Part shown: positions 61,302 through 64,000 of the stretch, piece after piece | Position numbering within the stretch: position 1 is the first letter of the stretch | Layout: the number at the start of each line of letters is the position of its first letter | From: Candidatus Velthaea sp. | GTDB taxonomy: Bacteria; Vulcanimicrobiota; Vulcanimicrobiia; Vulcanimicrobiales; Vulcanimicrobiaceae | NCBI GenBank assembly: GCA_050012475.1 | Contig: JBEKHC010000005.1 | Span: 18,587 to 82,586 of the forward strand | DNA length: 64,000 nucleotides | Reading direction: 5' to 3' | The notes under the pieces: model-generated | What the model saw: only the letters and a program-made list of their open reading frames with translations | Told to the model about the DNA's origin: nothing | Databases searched by the model: none | Translations under genes and position numbers: made by a program

Positions 61302-61770
61302 TTACGGTGCCGGTGTCGGCTCTCCCAGGTCGATGTAATTCACGCTATCAGTGTAGTTGCTCGTCGACGAGGCTGCGTTGCCGAAGTATAATGTCACTCC
61401 ACTAAATATGCTGGGCGTAAACTCATTAAAAGCGCCGCCGGCAAGTTCGGTTTGAATCCCACCGGTGGCTTGGTTTATTTGCTCGATGGTCTGGCCATCA
61501 CTCCAACCGCTACCGCCGCTGATCGCCGTGTAACCACCGCTGCTAAACGTAATCGAAGGAAGGCTGGTCGGATTCGTAGCCGTCGATACTGGAGGCGTCC
61601 AGATGGCAAGGAGTTCCGAGGTTCCGCCCGGAGAGCCGCCCGGCTCTAACGCAAAACACCATGGACCAAGGGCAGAAGCCGACACGCCCGAAAGCGTAAA
61701 TGCTGGATAATTGACGATAGCGAAGGCATCACCACTACCAGGTAGGTCGATTTGCCCACCCGCTGGACTA
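61302..61770 (-). pseudogene. 3' fragment of a Ser/Thr/Gly-rich extracellular protein
   Basis: Open frame SPAGGQIDLPG...YIDLGEPTPAP ending before the terminator; lower GC; no credible start or signal peptide. Confidence 0.45.
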
Positions 61771-62269
61771 TCGCAGTGATGCGACGAGCGGCTAAGGAGT
61801 AGCGAAAACCCTACCCTCTCGGACCCGAGCGGCCGCGCGTGCCGTTAGCCACACGAAGAGGTGCCCCGGTCGACGATCCAGCGGGCCTGCCCCGGCGGTA
61901 GCGGCAGCCGCTAAAACAATCGTGTTGAAGGGGACAGGCGCGTCGCTCCGTGGGCTAAGCTGTTGGCACCACGGCTGCTGCGACCGCATTTGTGGCTGGG
62001 GACGAAGATGCGTACAGCGAGCTGATTCCCGGTGGCCTGGGCATGCGCGAATCGCGAAAGTCGCGCGCGTTCTGCGCCAATCGTGCGATCGTCCTATGCG
62101 ACGGCGACCATTGCATCCACCAGAACGTGTGCGAAGACGTGCGGCAGGAACAGTCGCATTTTAAAATAAGTTCAGCGGCCCGCGGAGTCCATCCGAGGAA
62201 AAACCTGGATCAAGGCGCGTCGTTTATTCTTAAGCTGCGGTGTGCCTTGGCTTTTTTTGGGGGCATTAC

Positions 62270-62686
62270 ATGACGACGACACAGAATACTTCAAGCGTCC
62301 AAGAAAACAACGTCGCGCAAATTCGCAAAGGGTACGAGGCATTCGCGGCGGGCGACATGGCGAGCCTAACGGAGTTATTCCACCCCGATGCGGTCTGGAA
62401 CATATCGCCGGCCGGCGTGATAACGGGAAACTACCGCGGGCGCGATGCGATTTTCGCTTTCTTCGCGCAGACGCTGCAAGAAACGAACGGGACTTTTCGC
62501 GTTGTACCCGGTGCGTTCGCTGCTACCGGCGACCAGGTATTCGTTCAGCAGCGAACGAGTGGTGAGCGCAACGGTCGCTCTTTGCAGTCGGGGGCCGTCG
62601 TGGTGTTCACGGTCGACGGCGGTCGTGTCCGCGAAGTCCGCGAATACATCGCGGACCACCCCGCGGCCGAAGCATTCTGGTCTTAG
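62270..62686 (+). CDS. SnoaL/NTF2-like (ketosteroid isomerase-like) protein
   Basis: NVAQIRKGYEAFAAGD, GNYRGRDAI, VFTVDGGRVRE..AFWS. Confidence 0.88.
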   Translation: MTTTQNTSSVQENNVAQIRKGYEAFAAGDMASLTELFHPDAVWNISPAGVITGNYRGRDAIFAFFAQTLQETNGTFRVVPGAFAATGDQVFVQQRTSGERNGRSLQSGAVVVFTVDGGRVREVREYIADHPAAEAFWS

Positions 62687-62745
62687 CAAAAGCAAATCTT
62701 TAGCGGACTAGAAACAAGGCCGCGATTGCTGACCTCCGGCGAAAA

Positions 62746-62782
62746 TTCGCGAAGCGGATCACCGCTCGATCCGCTTCGCGAA
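62746..62782. repeat. Perfect 15-bp inverted repeat (hairpin)
   Basis: TTCGCGAAGCGGATC-accgctc-GATCCGCTTCGCGAA. Confidence 0.75.
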
Positions 62783-63042
62783 AGACGATACCAGTCAGAC
62801 AGCCGCAGCGCTACGTCCGCCTTCTTGAACCTCGGCGATCGTTCGTCGCAAGCGTTTGCCGCCATCGCCTGTCCAAATCGTCAAGAGCACTGCCTTGTAC
62901 TGGTGTCACCCAAACGAACTGGGCTGCCGACGTTGCGATGGCGCGCGCGACAGCGACGGCGGAGGACGTTGAGGGCCCGATATCCATTGGCGGTACAGCG
63001 TCGACGGTAACGTCCCTTTGAGCTATGCCAAGATCGTCGTCA

Positions 63043-63334
63043 CTACTCGAAGTCGATCGTCCCGAGATCTCGCCGACCATCGATGACGCGAGCCACAACC
63101 ACGAAGTCGCCATTGACGCGGTAAAACACCACGACGGGCCATACGGGAAAGAGCGCAAACCAGGCCCAAATTCGGGCGTGCGCGCCCGCTACGCGGGAAC
63201 GCCTCCAGGCGGCCGCAGCTCGCGCGGATCCGCATGATGAAGCGTGCAGCGCGGGCCGGACTGTCCTCGGCAATCATGTCGAACAGCACGTCCAAGTCGC
63301 GCAGCGCCGGGACCGCAAAGAGAAGCGTGCTCAT
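63043..63334 (-). pseudogene. parE: ParE/RelE-family toxin, frameshifted
   Basis: ALRDLDVLFDMIAEDSP.RA..F, FPRSGRARP, LRSFP, VVFYRV..VARVIDGRRDL across three frames. Confidence 0.8.
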
Positions 63335-63393
63335 GCTTTCTGCTTACCGCGCGACGCGCGAGGTGTAAGTGCCAGCCTGTAAAGGCTGCGCCG

Positions 63394-63552
63394 CTACTCG
63401 GACGCGTCTTGGGGCAGCGCTGCGATGCGGCGCTCAAAGTGCGCCCAGACCTCGTCAGCCGGGACCGTCTCGCCGCGGTCAATCGCGTCGACACCCTCTT
63501 GGACGTCCGCCTTGAGCCCCTCAAAGAACGGATCGCGCTGCGGGTCGTGCAT
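63394..63552 (-). CDS. ParD-like antitoxin C-terminal domain (possibly truncated)
   Basis: LKADVQEGVDAIDRGETVPADEV..FERR, upstream of parE; no DNA-binding N-terminus. Confidence 0.55.
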   Translation of the reverse strand: MHDPQRDPFFEGLKADVQEGVDAIDRGETVPADEVWAHFERRIAALPQDASE

Positions 63553-64000
63553 GTAATCTAGCTTACCACAAACGTCGCGGGTAGGCTCGCGTTGGTTTGC
63601 TCGTTTCGCGACGGCTTCGGTCGCGGTTAAACCATTGAACGCGCCTCGCCGTCTGGGCGCTGCTTTGGTAGCGGAATTTGCTGCCAACGGAGCCTCGCGG
63701 CAGTGGTTCCTGAGGTTCGGAATCTGGTCCCATCCGCGATACAAGTTGGTCCCAATTCGGCCCCAAACTCAGCGCAACAAGACACGCCAAGCAAAAAGCC
63801 AAGTAACCACAATGAAAAAGGGATATTCGCCTGCGCTCAAAAGGCGAGGAGAGTCAGGGTTGTGCGATGTTCATCCCGGTCGCTCCTCGCGGAAACTCGG
63901 AAAGCCATGTCCTATAAGGCTTTGCGACGCACGAGCCTTAAAGTTCAACCCATTCGATTCGTGGCGGAACTTATTCCGTCAGTGTAGCGAATAGTGTATG

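Noticed and set aside
63700..63745. Intact tRNA gene
   Set aside because: Only a loose T-arm-like string; no cloverleaf could be built

Overview
High-GC bacterial window. The gene complement and expanded HTH/DUF305 families suggest a soil Eremiobacterota/Vulcanimicrobiota-like organism (inference only). It has four blocks. (1) 0-13.8 kb: ridA, an Sm-like mini-gene coupled to a PLP decarboxylase, and a moeA/moeA-PBP/moaD/aldehyde:ferredoxin oxidoreductase operon divergent from a two-subunit NAD-linked formate dehydrogenase, probably a tungsten-enzyme cluster. (2) About 13.9-21.6 kb: a visibly less GC-rich accessory patch with frameshifted SDR and carotenoid-oxygenase genes, oxidoreductases and an ECF41 sigma factor, whose TGTCACA-N16-GGTC promoter is visible twice. 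(3) 21.6-43.6 kb: a GS-like gene with a PucR-type regulator, NRAMP/MgtE-N Mg transport genes, suhB, NosP(FIST)-NahK signalling, a partial iol cluster with a collapsed aldolase, and an alcohol-oxidation operon with a divergent NarL regulator. That operon reads ALDH, DUF779, PQQ-ADH with the lanthanide D-x-D motif, XoxJ-like protein, cytochrome c and an unknown exported protein. (4) 43.6-64 kb: a redox/detox accessory region with hydrolases, VOC, DJ-1, FixJ, three HTH-only XRE paralogs, a globin, a MOSC-FAD-2Fe2S fusion, gene remnants and a broken ParDE-like pair. I found no rRNA, intact tRNA, CRISPR array or transposase. The best candidate for a new system is the lanthanide-type PQQ-ADH operon with its uncharacterised last gene, bracketed by NosP-NahK and a response regulator.
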